Positions 17,843-27,423 of a DNA stretch of 64,000 bases are shown one piece after another. The notes beneath the pieces are model-generated. The model searched no databases. It was not told the origin of the DNA and saw nothing but the letters and a program-made list of their open reading frames with translations. The number at the start of each line of letters is the position of its first letter. Within the stretch, counting starts at the first letter, position 1. Origin of the DNA: Gammaproteobacteria bacterium (lineage in GTDB: Bacteria; Pseudomonadota; Gammaproteobacteria; JAABTG01); contig JAXHLS010000002.1 of assembly GCA_034522055.1 (NCBI GenBank), positions 2,497,549 to 2,561,548 of the forward strand. The letters are read 5' to 3'. The translations under genes were made by a program, and so were the position numbers.

Positions 17843-17916
17843 GGGGCGACTCCTTAATATCGAAGGTTTGAGGGACGGAAATCGTCGTTGGCCCGGTCAG
17901 GGCAAAAGCGTTTCTG

Positions 17917-17934
17917 CAAGGACCGGGTCCTTGG
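17917..17934 (-). terminator. possible terminator hairpin downstream of the sgp-like gene
   Basis: caaggaccgggtccttgg perfect palindrome; weak T-stretch on the minus strand. Confidence 0.25.
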
Positions 17935-18022
17935 AGAAGCACTCTTCGGTGGATCGGCTCGAGGTGGGCACTTCCCTGTGCACGCCGGACGATTCCCTCG
18001 TCGGTTCTGCGAGCTACTGGTC

Positions 18023-18346
18023 TTACTTGCTCTCGGAGGCCTGGGGGGCAGCCGGGGCGACCGGGGCGACCGGGGCGACGGGGTGGCCGTAGGCCGGATA
18101 GCCATAGCCGGGGTAGCCGTAGGCGGGATAGCCGCCGTAGTAGGGGGCGCCGTAGCCGTAGCCACGACCCCAGCCGCGGCCGCCGCCGGACCAGTTCATG
18201 TTGAAGTCGCCGAACATGTCGCCGAAGCCGTCGCCCCAACCGCTCCAGGGACCACCACCGTAGCCCGGGCCCCACCATGCATGGGCGGTACCGGCGGAAG
18301 CGGCGAGAATGGCGACAGCGGCGATGGTTTTTGCTATGTTGCGCAT
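18023..18346 (-). CDS. Gly/Tyr-rich secreted protein, sulfur-globule-protein (Sgp)-like
   Basis: Start at MRNIAKT (GGAGAT RBS); signal peptide; [26 protein letters not shown] repeats as in Sgp envelope proteins of sulfur oxidisers; paralog at 30931. Confidence 0.6.
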   Translation of the reverse strand: MRNIAKTIAAVAILAASAGTAHAWWGPGYGGGPWSGWGDGFGDMFGDFNMNWSGGGRGWGRGYGYGAPYYGGYPAYGYPGYGYPAYGHPVAPVAPVAPAAPQASESK

Positions 18347-18557
18347 TTGGATATCTCCACGTTTGTGCTTGTTCAATCTTCAGGGTTCGTTGTGTCGGCG
18401 TTCTATCGCTGCCTGACGATGATTAGTATATTACTACGTACGAATATTACAACGTAAGAGATTTTATACTGCATAAAATTCTCTTATTTTGCCGAGGGCC
18501 GGCCCTTCGCCCCCATTCATCCGCCCGCCGCGGGCGTCCCACGCCGGGACGAGTTCC

Positions 18558-19604
18558 ATGAAGACGCTCACCATCATCCGGCCCGACGACTGGCACCTGC
18601 ATCTTCGCGATGGCCCGGGACTGGCCGCCTTCGTCGCGGCCACGGCCCGGCAGTTCGCGCGCGCCATCGTCATGCCCAATCTGGTGCCGCCGGTGACTAC
18701 CACGGCGCTGGCCGCGGCCTACCGGGAGCGCATCCTGGCGGCGCTGCCCGCCGACACGGTGTTCGAGCCCCTCATGACCCTCTATCTGACGGACCACACG
18801 TCGCCAGAGGAGATTCGGCAGGCCAGGGCCAGCGGTTTCGTCAAGGCGGTCAAATACTATCCGGCGGGTGCCACCACCCACTCGGACAGCGGTGTCACCC
18901 GGGTGGAGAACACCTATGACGCCCTCGAGGCCATGGCAGCGTCGGGCCTGCCGTTGCTGGTGCACGGCGAGGTGGTGAACGACGAGGTGGACATCTTCGA
19001 CCGCGAGCGTGTGTTCATCGACCAGGTCCTGGAGCCCCTGACGGAGCGCTTTCCCACCCTGAAGGTGGTCCTGGAGCATGTAACCACAAAGGATGCGGTG
19101 GGTTTCGTCAAGGCGGCGTCGGTTAGGATGGCGGCCACCATCACCGTCCACCATCTCATGTTGAACCGCAACGCCATGTTCAAGGGGGGCATGAACCCCC
19201 ACCATTACTGCCTGCCGGTACTCAAGCGGGAGATCCACCGCCAGGCCCTGCTGGAGGCGGCGGTGAGCGGTCATCCGCGCTTTTTCCTTGGCACCGACAG
19301 CGCGCCTCATCCGCGCGGCGCCAAGGAGGGTGGTTGCGGTTGCGCCGGTATCTTCTCGGCGCCGGCGGCGCTGGAACTCTATGCCGAGGTGTTCGACGAA
19401 GCCGGCGCCCTGGATCGACTGGAAGGGTTCGCCAGCCGTCACGGCCCCGCCTTCTACGGCCTGCCCGTCAACGCTGACCATGTCACGCTGGTGAAGCGGC
19501 CCTGGAAGATGCCCGCCACCATCACCTGTGGCACGGATGAGGTGGTGCCCCTGCGCGCCGGTGGTGAAGTGCACTGGAGTCTCGTCCATGGAAACGATGG
19601 ATAG
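18558..19604 (+). CDS. pyrC: dihydroorotase (class II)
   Basis: 348 aa from [19 protein letters not shown]; matches E. coli-type PyrC throughout. Confidence 0.9.
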   Translation: MKTLTIIRPDDWHLHLRDGPGLAAFVAATARQFARAIVMPNLVPPVTTTALAAAYRERILAALPADTVFEPLMTLYLTDHTSPEEIRQARASGFVKAVKYYPAGATTHSDSGVTRVENTYDALEAMAASGLPLLVHGEVVNDEVDIFDRERVFIDQVLEPLTERFPTLKVVLEHVTTKDAVGFVKAASVRMAATITVHHLMLNRNAMFKGGMNPHHYCLPVLKREIHRQALLEAAVSGHPRFFLGTDSAPHPRGAKEGGCGCAGIFSAPAALELYAEVFDEAGALDRLEGFASRHGPAFYGLPVNADHVTLVKRPWKMPATITCGTDEVVPLRAGGEVHWSLVHGNDG

Positions 19605-20235
19605 TCCGGCGCCGGTTGCCGGAAAGGGCGTCGTGGCGGGTCGCTTTCGCGGCTTCCTGCCGGTGGTGGTGGACGTGGAGACCGGGGGCTTCAACGCCCG
19701 CACCGACGCCCTGCTGGAGGTGGCGGCGGTGATCGTGGGGCCGGACGAGGAGGGCGTGTGGCGCCGCCAGGCCACCCATGCCTGCCACGTGGAGCCGTTC
19801 TCCGGTGCCAACATCGAAAAGGCGGCCTTGGAGTTCACCGGTATCGACCCCTATCATCCCTTTCGCGGCGCGGTGTCCGAGGCGGAAGCCCTGCGCACCG
19901 TGTTCCAGCCCATCCGCGCCGCCATCAAGGCCGCCGGCTGCAGCCGGGCGGTGCTGGTCGGACACAATCCCGCCTTCGACCTCGGCTTCATCAACGAGGC
20001 GGTCAAGCGCACGAGTACCAAGCGCAACCCCTTCCATCCCTTCTCGTCCTTCGATACCGCTACCCTCGGCGGCCTGGCCTTCGGCCAGACCGTGCTGGCG
20101 CGGGCGGTGCAGGCCGCGGGCATGGAATGGGAGAGCGGCAGCGCCCATTCGGCCATCTACGATGCGGAGCGCACGGCGGACCTGTTCTGCGCCATCGTCA
20201 ACCTCTGGGACCACCACATAGGAATCGAGCCATGA
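19588..20235 (+). CDS. rnt: ribonuclease T
   Basis: Near-colinear with E. coli RNase T ([35 protein letters not shown]); the start could equally be the ATG at 19597. Confidence 0.85.
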   Translation: METMDSPAPVAGKGVVAGRFRGFLPVVVDVETGGFNARTDALLEVAAVIVGPDEEGVWRRQATHACHVEPFSGANIEKAALEFTGIDPYHPFRGAVSEAEALRTVFQPIRAAIKAAGCSRAVLVGHNPAFDLGFINEAVKRTSTKRNPFHPFSSFDTATLGGLAFGQTVLARAVQAAGMEWESGSAHSAIYDAERTADLFCAIVNLWDHHIGIEP

Positions 20236-21173
20236 CCACACCGCGCAAACTGCGGGGTGCCGACAAGACATCGCGCAACCCCGTCAAGATACCGTCCACC
20301 ACCGGCCCCCTGTTGCGCAAGCCGGCGTGGATCCGGGTCAAGGCCCCCCTGGCCCCGGAGGTGCAGAGGCTGAAGGGGCTGTTGCGCCGCCAGGGGTTGC
20401 ACACGGTGTGCGAGGAGGCGGCCTGCCCCAACCTCGGCGAGTGCTTCCAGCACGGCACCGCCACCTTCATGATCCTCGGGGACGTATGCACCCGCCGCTG
20501 TCCCTTCTGCGACGTGGCCCACGGCCGGCCGGATCCCATCGACACCGCGGAGCCCCAACACCTGGCGGAGACCGTGGTGGCCATGGGGCTCAAGTACGTG
20601 GTCATCACCTCGGTGGACCGGGACGACCTGAGGGACGGTGGCGCGGGCCATTTCGCCGCCTGCATCGCCGCCCTTCGCGATGCCGCCCCCGCGGTGCGAG
20701 TGGAGGTGCTGGTACCGGACTTCCGGGGCCGCGTGGCGCGCGCCCTGGAACTGCTGGTGGCCACCCCGCCCGACGTGTTCAACCATAACCTGGAGACGGT
20801 GCCGCGGCTCTATCGCGAAGCACGGCCGGGGGCCGATTACGCCGGCTCCCTCAAGCTGCTGGCGGATTTCAAGGCCCGCTGCCCGTCGCTGCCCACCAAG
20901 TCCGGCATCATGCTGGGCCTGGGGGAGGAGCGCGCCGAGGTGGAGCAGGTCCTCGGGGATCTGCGTTCCCATGGCTGCGATATGGTGACCATCGGTCAGT
21001 ACCTCCAGCCCAGTCGCGACCACCTGCCGGTGAGTCGTTACGTGCCGCCGGAAGAGTTCGCCCAACTGGCGGAGGCGGGCCGGGCGCTGGGCTTCGCCAA
21101 TGTGGCCAGCGGCCCCCTGGTGCGCTCCTCCTACCATGCCGATCAGCAGGCGGCGGGCGAGCACATATCCTGA
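20232..21173 (+). CDS. lipA: lipoyl synthase
   Basis: 314 aa; radical-SAM CPFCDV and [12 protein letters not shown] cysteine clusters; ATGA overlap with the rnt stop. Confidence 0.9.
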   Translation: MTTPRKLRGADKTSRNPVKIPSTTGPLLRKPAWIRVKAPLAPEVQRLKGLLRRQGLHTVCEEAACPNLGECFQHGTATFMILGDVCTRRCPFCDVAHGRPDPIDTAEPQHLAETVVAMGLKYVVITSVDRDDLRDGGAGHFAACIAALRDAAPAVRVEVLVPDFRGRVARALELLVATPPDVFNHNLETVPRLYREARPGADYAGSLKLLADFKARCPSLPTKSGIMLGLGEERAEVEQVLGDLRSHGCDMVTIGQYLQPSRDHLPVSRYVPPEEFAQLAEAGRALGFANVASGPLVRSSYHADQQAAGEHIS

Positions 21174-21194
21174 GAACCGATCGCGCCTGAGCCC

Positions 21195-21962
21195 ATGGAT
21201 GGTTTCCTGCTGTCCAAGTTTGTGGCCGCCTGGCTGCTGCCGCCGGGCGGGCTAATCATCGGCCTGGTCCTCGGGCTGGCGCTGCGTCGGACATGGCGCC
21301 GCGCCGGAAACCTGCTCATAGGGTTGTCCCTGGCGGCCCTGGTGGCCCTTACCAGCCCGCCGGTGGCCCACCTGCTGATGAGTGGCCTCGACCGTTATCC
21401 GCCCCTCACCACCGGAGCCCTGAAGGACCACCGGCCCGAGGTCATCGTTGTGCTGTCCGGTGATCGTCGCGAGGAGGCCGCGGAGTACGGCGGCGATACC
21501 GTGGGAACCGCCACCCTGGAGCGCCTGCGCTACGGGATCCGCCTGAACCGCGCCACCGGCCTGCCCCTGTTGCTCAGCGGCGGCTCGGTGAGCGGCGACG
21601 ACGACTTCTCCCTGGCCTTCCTCATGAAGGAGGCGGCCGTGGACGATTTCCGCGTGCCCGTGGTGTGGCTGGAGGAGGAGAGTCGCAATACCTGGGAGAA
21701 CGCCGTCTACAGCGCGGCCGTGTTGGAGCATGAAGGGATCTCACGGATCCTGCTGGTGACCCACGCCTACCACATGCCCCGATCGATGGCCTGCTTCGAG
21801 GCCGCCGGCATGGAGCCCCGGGCCGCGCCCACCGGCCTGATCGGGCCCCTGGACATGAAGGCCACGGACTGGATACCGAGCAGCAAGGCCCTGGTGGCAA
21901 GCACCCTGGCCCTCCACGAGTACCTCGGCATGGTGTGGTACCGCATCAAATACGACCTGTAG
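21195..21962 (+). CDS. DUF218 (YdcF/ElyC/SanA family) protein
   Basis: 255 aa; N-terminal TM segment then a DUF218-like domain. Confidence 0.6.
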   Translation: MDGFLLSKFVAAWLLPPGGLIIGLVLGLALRRTWRRAGNLLIGLSLAALVALTSPPVAHLLMSGLDRYPPLTTGALKDHRPEVIVVLSGDRREEAAEYGGDTVGTATLERLRYGIRLNRATGLPLLLSGGSVSGDDDFSLAFLMKEAAVDDFRVPVVWLEEESRNTWENAVYSAAVLEHEGISRILLVTHAYHMPRSMACFEAAGMEPRAAPTGLIGPLDMKATDWIPSSKALVASTLALHEYLGMVWYRIKYDL

Positions 21963-22486
21963 GTCGGGCTGTAGGTCGGACTTCAGTCCGACAGCCCGCG
22001 GCTGGTACCGCCCCGGCCCGGGGTGTGCGCGGCCGGCCTGAATGTCGGGATGAATCCCGACCTACAAAAAAGCGTAACCGCGAAAGACGCGAAATGACGC
22101 GAAAAGGGAGAAGGTCAGGGAGGAGGGGCAGTTCGAAAAGGCGCAGCGGATCCACCGTTTCGGCGTCAGCAGAGCGGACGCACGGGTGGTAATCTTTTCC
22201 CATTTCCCCTTTCCCCTTTCCCCTGGGGAGAAGGACAGAGGCGTAGGTCGGCTGCTCCTGGCGGTCGACGGAAACTCGGCGGTTTGCGGGCGCGGATGTC
22301 GGTTGCCGAGAGCAACCGACCTACATCCGTGCCGATGGAACAGGCGGTGGTGATGTATCTGTATGTCGGGCTGTAGGTCGGACTTCAGTCCGACAGCCCG
22401 CGGCTGGCACCGCCCCGGCCCGGGGTGTGCGCGGCCGGCCTGAATGTCGGGATGAATCCCGACACAGAGCGACACACCCTGCCGGT
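21963..22486. repeat. composite REP-like intergenic element (copy B)
   Basis: Same ~330-bp core as 4975-5300, flanked on both sides by gtaggtcgggctgtaggtcggacttcagtccgacagcccg palindromic units. Confidence 0.8.
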
Positions 22487-23851
22487 TCAGTCCTCGCCAT
22501 TCTCCGCGGGCACGGGCGTGACGGCGCAATGGAATTCGCCGTCGGCCACCCGCGCCTTGAGGGCCGTACCCGCCGGCGCCATGGCTACCCGGGTCACCAG
22601 CCGGCCGTCGGAAATCCTGCTCACGATGGCATAGCCGCGCCTCAGCACCCCATCCGGGTCGAGCCCCGCCAACGATCGTTCCGCCAGGGTGAGGCGGGCG
22701 AGACGGCGTTCTGCTCCCCGCTGCCAGGCTTGGTGGAGGCGCTGGGTGAGGCGAATCTGGTCCTGGCGTGCGAGGGCCACGCGGCTGGCCGGGCTGGTGG
22801 AGCCTAACCGATGTTCGAGGCGCTCCAGCCGCTGGCTGCGTGCGGCGAGTTGACGACTCATCGCATTGTCCAGGCGCATGGCCAGGGTGTCCGCCCGCTG
22901 CTGGGTCTCCTGGAGGGCCTGACGGGGGTGGCGCAGGCGCCTGGACAACCAGTTCAGACGTTGTGCCTCGTGGCCCAGGCGGGTCGCCATCAGATAACGC
23001 AGGCGGCCGGCGAGACGGTCCAGTTGTTCCCGCCATTCCCGTTGATCGGGCACCACCGCCGCCGCGGCGGCGGATGGGGTCTCGGCCCGTACGTCCGCCA
23101 CGAAATCGGCGATGGTGAAGTCCACCTGGTGGCCCACGCCGCTCACCACCGGCAGGGTGCAGGCATAGATGGCCCGCGCCACGGCCTCCTCGTTGAAGGG
23201 TTGGAGATCCTCCAGGCTGCCACCGCCGCGGGCCAGTATCAGCACGTCGCAGTCCCGCCGTTCGTCGGCGGTCCGCAACGCCGCCACGATATCGGCCGCC
23301 GCCGCCTCACCCTGGACGCGTATGGGATAAACCAGCACCGGGACGGCGGGAAAGCGCCGCTCCAACACGCTCAGGATGTCTCGCAGGGCGGCCCCGGTGG
23401 GCGAACTGATGACGCCGATGCGCAGGGGCAGGGCAGGCAGAGGCCGCTTGTGACGGGGCTCGAACAGGCCTTCCGCCTCCAGCTTGCGCTTCAGCAGTTC
23501 GAAGGCCTGGCGCAACACCCCCTCGCCGGCCGGGTCCATGTGGTCGACGATGAGCTGGTAGTCGCCCCGGGGGGCGTACAGGCTCACCCGGCCGTGGACG
23601 ATGACCTGCAATCCGTCGGCCGGCGTCACGGCGAGGCCTGCCCGGTTGCCCTTGAAGAGGGCGCAACGCACCTGGCTGGAGGTGTCCTTAAGGGTGAAAT
23701 AGAGATGCCCCGAACGAGGCGTGGCAAGGTTGGAGATCTCGCCCTGTACCCACACCGAACCCAGGGTACTCTCCAGTAGATCCCGGGTCTCGGCGTTGAG
23801 CGCGCTGACGGTGTAGATGTAGCCGGTGCCTTGTCTGCCGGGAGGTGTCAT
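22487..23851 (-). CDS. xseA: exodeoxyribonuclease VII large subunit
   Basis: Colinear with E. coli XseA (OB fold YTVSALN...VWVQGEISNL; HLYFTLKD); start set at MTPPGRQ to avoid overlapping the divergent CYTH gene. Confidence 0.85.
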   Translation of the reverse strand: MTPPGRQGTGYIYTVSALNAETRDLLESTLGSVWVQGEISNLATPRSGHLYFTLKDTSSQVRCALFKGNRAGLAVTPADGLQVIVHGRVSLYAPRGDYQLIVDHMDPAGEGVLRQAFELLKRKLEAEGLFEPRHKRPLPALPLRIGVISSPTGAALRDILSVLERRFPAVPVLVYPIRVQGEAAAADIVAALRTADERRDCDVLILARGGGSLEDLQPFNEEAVARAIYACTLPVVSGVGHQVDFTIADFVADVRAETPSAAAAAVVPDQREWREQLDRLAGRLRYLMATRLGHEAQRLNWLSRRLRHPRQALQETQQRADTLAMRLDNAMSRQLAARSQRLERLEHRLGSTSPASRVALARQDQIRLTQRLHQAWQRGAERRLARLTLAERSLAGLDPDGVLRRGYAIVSRISDGRLVTRVAMAPAGTALKARVADGEFHCAVTPVPAENGED

Positions 23852-23924
23852 GGGGGAGCGCGATGGTAAGATGCCCGCCAGTCTATCAGCCGCATCCCGG
23901 ATGCACACTCGGAGGTCATCATCC

Positions 23925-24368
23925 ATGCCCCGCGAGATCGAGCGCAAATTCCTGCTGCAGGACGATTCCTGGCGGGCATCCGTGGAGTCCAGCAAACGCC
24001 TCGTCCAGGGCTACCTGCCCGGAATGAAGACGGCCTCGGTGCGAGTACGCATCTCCGGCCACGACGCCCGCCTCAACATCAAGAGCGCCACCCTCGATGT
24101 CAGCCGCCTGGAGTACGAATATCCGCTGCCCCTGGACGAGGCCGAAGAGATACTGGAGCGCCTGTGCGAACGGCCCCTCATCGAGAAGACCCGCCACCAT
24201 GTCCCCCATGGTGGCCACCTGTGGGAGGTGGACGAGTTCGCGGGCGACAACGCCGGCCTGGTGGTGGCCGAGATCGAACTCGCATCTGCCGACGAGGCCT
24301 TCGAGCGCCCCTCCTGGGTGGGTGACGAGGTGTCTGACGACCCCGCTATTACAACGTCTGCCTGGTGA
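23925..24368 (+). CDS. CYTH-domain protein (CyaB-like adenylyl cyclase / triphosphatase)
   Basis: 147 aa; starts MPREIERKFLL, the EXEXK CYTH signature. Confidence 0.7.
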   Translation: MPREIERKFLLQDDSWRASVESSKRLVQGYLPGMKTASVRVRISGHDARLNIKSATLDVSRLEYEYPLPLDEAEEILERLCERPLIEKTRHHVPHGGHLWEVDEFAGDNAGLVVAEIELASADEAFERPSWVGDEVSDDPAITTSAW

Positions 24369-24419
24369 GCCATCCGTTCAAGGACTGGTGATGTCCTGCG
24401 GCCGGCCATTCCGGCTTTC

Positions 24420-24680
24420 TTAAATTAACCAAGAAAATTAACTACGAAATACGCGAAAGACGCGAAATAAAAAGGCGACATTCGGAACGCCCGTCTGGAC
24501 CTCCAGCACCCTCGGCCCCATGGTGCCCGCGCCATTCCCGCACGGGGTAATCAGCATGTTTAGTGTCTTTCGCGTCTTTCGCGGTTAAGCTTTTCGCCGT
24601 TTCCCGTTTCCCGTTTCCCGTTTCCCGTTTCCCTTTTCGCGTCACTTCGCGTTTTTCGTGGTTGCCGCTTTTGATGTTCG
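24420..24680. repeat. rearranged REP-family element with a (GTTTCCC)5 tandem
   Basis: Inverted copies of the cgcgaaagacgcgaaa tandem; gtttcccgtttcccgtttcccgtttcccgtttccc; shares motifs with the elements at 4940 and 21963. Confidence 0.7.
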
Positions 24681-24697
24681 CTTTTGTCATGCCGGTG

Positions 24698-25387
24698 TCA
24701 GTGGGTCAGCACGTCGCCGAGGCGCAGGCCGCCGTTGGGGGCCATGTCGGCGCCCAGCGCGAGGAACAGTTCGGCGGTGGCCAGGGCGTCGCTGAGGGCA
24801 TTGTGGGCCTGGTAACGGGGCAGGCCGTAGCGTTCCCGCAGGTTGGCGAGGCGCAACTCGCCGGCCTTGAAGGCATGGTGCCGGCGCTCCAGGCGCCGCC
24901 GCGCCAGGTGTTCGGTATCCACGATGGGGACGATGCAGCGCCCGCCGTAGAGGCGCCGGCAAACGGCGTCGAGGAAGGTGCTTTCGACGGCGGCATGATG
25001 CACCAGCATCACCCGCCCCCGCAGGTGTTTCAGTACCCGGGGCATGATCTCTTCGATGGGGCTGCCGGCGGCGGCATGGTCGTCGGTGATGCGATGAATC
25101 ACCGCCGAGGCCTCCGGCACGCTACCGGCCAGCCGCACCACCCGGTGCAACGCCGTGCCCAGAACGATGGCGTTGCCGACCACGTGTACCAGCCCGACGC
25201 TCAGGATGTGGTCTCGTGCGGCATCGAGTCCCGTGGTCTCCAGGTCGAGGGCGACGAATTCCACGCCGTGGGTCGGGGTGCGGCGGTGGGGCAGGGGCGC
25301 CCGTAGCAATGCGTCCAGCGGCGCGGCCGGCCGCCGCGCCAGGGCCCGCCTGCGGGCCCGCTCGCGGGTGAACGGCCAAAACTCCAT
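24698..25387 (-). CDS. 3'-5' exonuclease (DnaQ/DNA pol III epsilon-like, DEDDh)
   Basis: 229 aa from MEFWPF; Exo I motif VALDLETTGLD; C-terminal HNALSDA motif. Confidence 0.8.
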   Translation of the reverse strand: MEFWPFTRERARRRALARRPAAPLDALLRAPLPHRRTPTHGVEFVALDLETTGLDAARDHILSVGLVHVVGNAIVLGTALHRVVRLAGSVPEASAVIHRITDDHAAAGSPIEEIMPRVLKHLRGRVMLVHHAAVESTFLDAVCRRLYGGRCIVPIVDTEHLARRRLERRHHAFKAGELRLANLRERYGLPRYQAHNALSDALATAELFLALGADMAPNGGLRLGDVLTH

Positions 25388-25389
25388 GA

Positions 25390-27258
25390 TCAGCCGAAGC
25401 GGCCGGCCTGATAGCGATTGGCGAGAGTCTCCTGGATGGACTGGATGACCTTGAAGGCATCCTTGAGGTGGTCCCGCTCCAGGGTGGACAGGCGTTTGGG
25501 ATCCATGAAGTTGTCCGTGGGCTGGGCGCGGCGGATCTGCCGGGCCTGGTGCTGGATACGCAGGCTGGCGATGAACTCCAGGGCGTCCGTGAGGTTGTCG
25601 CAACCCTCGCTGCTGAGGGCGCCGCTCTGCCCGGCGGCGGCGAGGCGTTCCGTGGTGTTGACCGCCGCCAGCCCCTCGGAGAGGGCGTAGACCCGGGCGA
25701 TGTCGGTGATGGGCACCACGCCCCGGTGCTTGATGTCCAGGGTGTCGTCGTGCTCGCCGTCGTGCACCAGCACGAAGGTGCGAAAGAAGCCGAGCGGCGG
25801 CCGGTGGTGCAGGGCGTTGGACACCATGTAGGCGATAAAGATGCGGTTCTTGCGGGTTTCCTCGAGGACATGCTGGTGCAGGGGGGCGAACAGGTCGCGG
25901 TCGCCGTGCACCACCCGCAGGTCGAAGAAGATGCTGGCCAGCATCAGGGATTTGGGCTCGGGCCGATGGATCCAGTTATCGAAGTATCGCCGCCAGCTGG
26001 CCACCGGCTGGCGCCACTGGGGATTGGAGGCCATGGCGTCCCCGGGGCAATAGTAGAAACCGCAGGCATCGAGGCCGGCGGTGACGCGGCGTGCCAGCTC
26101 CTCGAAATACCCGGCATGCTCCCCGGGGCGATAGTCGTCCGCGAGGAGCAGGGCATTGTCCTGGTCGGAGTGGGAACTCTGCTCGCGGCGCGCCTGGGAG
26201 CCACCGGCCAGCCAGGCATAGGGAACGGGCGGCGGGCCGTGGTCGTGCTCCGCCATCTCCAGCAGACGCCCGGTGATGGCATCGGTGATGGTGGAAACGG
26301 CCTCGCCGATATGCAGGGCTGTGGCACTGGAGGCCGCCAGTTGGACCATCAATTCCGGCAGGCGCCGGGACGCCGCCACCAGGTCGTCGACGGTCTCGGC
26401 CTTGCGGACCTGGGTGGCGATATAGGGCGAACTGGTGCTCTGATGGTGGGCCAGATCGCTGGATGTGAGCACCCCCACCAGTCGCTCCCGTTCCACCACC
26501 GGCAGATGGTTGACCCGCAACCGTGTCATGGTGAGCAAGGCCTCGGACACCGGCGACTGATGTTCGATGGTGTGGGGCTCACGGGTCATCACGGCGGTGA
26601 CGGGTAGTGCGGCGTCCAACCCTTCGGCCACACAGCGGGCGCGGATATCGCGGTCGGTGACGATGCCGGCCAGGGCGCCGCCATCCATGATGACCACCGA
26701 TGACACCTTCTCCTCGGTCATGAGTCGGGCCACCTCGCGTATGGTGGCCCCGGCAGACGCGGTGACGGGCTGTTTCTTCAACAACCGTTCCACGGGCGCC
26801 ATCATGTAGCTCGGGTCACCGCCGACGCCACCCTGCTGGCGTTGCAGGGCGAACTGGAGGCGTTCGCGGACGGAGGCACTGAAGTGGCGGTCGAACTCGG
26901 GGACACGGGCGCGCAGTGCCTCCAGCCGCTCGCAGGGCAGCAGGTACAGCAGCGCGTCCTCGGCGGCCACCCCCGGGCAGGGCCCGTCCACATCCGCGAG
27001 CTGGCAATCGCCGCTGTAGAGGGAACCTTCGCCCAGCTTCTCGCATAGGCGGCCATTGCCATCCCGCAGCTCTATGGCGCCGCTGCGCACGACGTGTAGC
27101 CAGCGGCCGTCGGCCCCGGTCGGCGGGAAATCCCCGCCGCGCCTTAGGTAACGGACCTCCATATGACGGGGCAGGTCGTCCAGCTCCCCTTCCGGCAGGG
27201 CATCGAAGGGGGGATGGTGGGCCAGGAAGTCGCGTATCTCGAGGAGTTCTATTTCCAT
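25390..27258 (-). CDS. cNMP-binding / CBS-pair / DUF294 nucleotidyltransferase-domain signalling protein
   Basis: 622 aa; N-terminal cNMP-binding domain, two CBS motifs, then a DUF294 and DUF294_C-like region; this architecture is commonly paired with a downstream DnaQ-like exonuclease. Confidence 0.7.
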   Translation of the reverse strand: MEIELLEIRDFLAHHPPFDALPEGELDDLPRHMEVRYLRRGGDFPPTGADGRWLHVVRSGAIELRDGNGRLCEKLGEGSLYSGDCQLADVDGPCPGVAAEDALLYLLPCERLEALRARVPEFDRHFSASVRERLQFALQRQQGGVGGDPSYMMAPVERLLKKQPVTASAGATIREVARLMTEEKVSSVVIMDGGALAGIVTDRDIRARCVAEGLDAALPVTAVMTREPHTIEHQSPVSEALLTMTRLRVNHLPVVERERLVGVLTSSDLAHHQSTSSPYIATQVRKAETVDDLVAASRRLPELMVQLAASSATALHIGEAVSTITDAITGRLLEMAEHDHGPPPVPYAWLAGGSQARREQSSHSDQDNALLLADDYRPGEHAGYFEELARRVTAGLDACGFYYCPGDAMASNPQWRQPVASWRRYFDNWIHRPEPKSLMLASIFFDLRVVHGDRDLFAPLHQHVLEETRKNRIFIAYMVSNALHHRPPLGFFRTFVLVHDGEHDDTLDIKHRGVVPITDIARVYALSEGLAAVNTTERLAAAGQSGALSSEGCDNLTDALEFIASLRIQHQARQIRRAQPTDNFMDPKRLSTLERDHLKDAFKVIQSIQETLANRYQAGRFG

Positions 27259-27371
27259 TGTTTCGATAAAGGACGGGCGGAGAAGGAGATTTAACTACGA
27301 AATACGCGAAAGGCGCGAAAAGAATATAGGAAAAAAAACAGTTCTTGACACCGTGTACGCGCCTTTGCGGT

Positions 27372-27398
27372 GAAAAAAAGCCCCGCCGGAGCGGGGCC
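27372..27398 (-). terminator. Rho-independent terminator of the symporter operon
   Basis: Minus strand reads GCCCCGCTCCGGCGGGGC followed by TTTTTTT, directly after the actP-like stop. Confidence 0.8.
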
Positions 27399-27423
27399 TC
27401 AGGGTCAGGAACGGGGCCTGCCG

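Noticed and set aside
22062-23036. 324-aa minus-strand ORF overlapping xseA out of frame
   Set aside because: Pro/Gly/Arg-rich shadow frame extending into the REP element; the xseA frame has full-length homology
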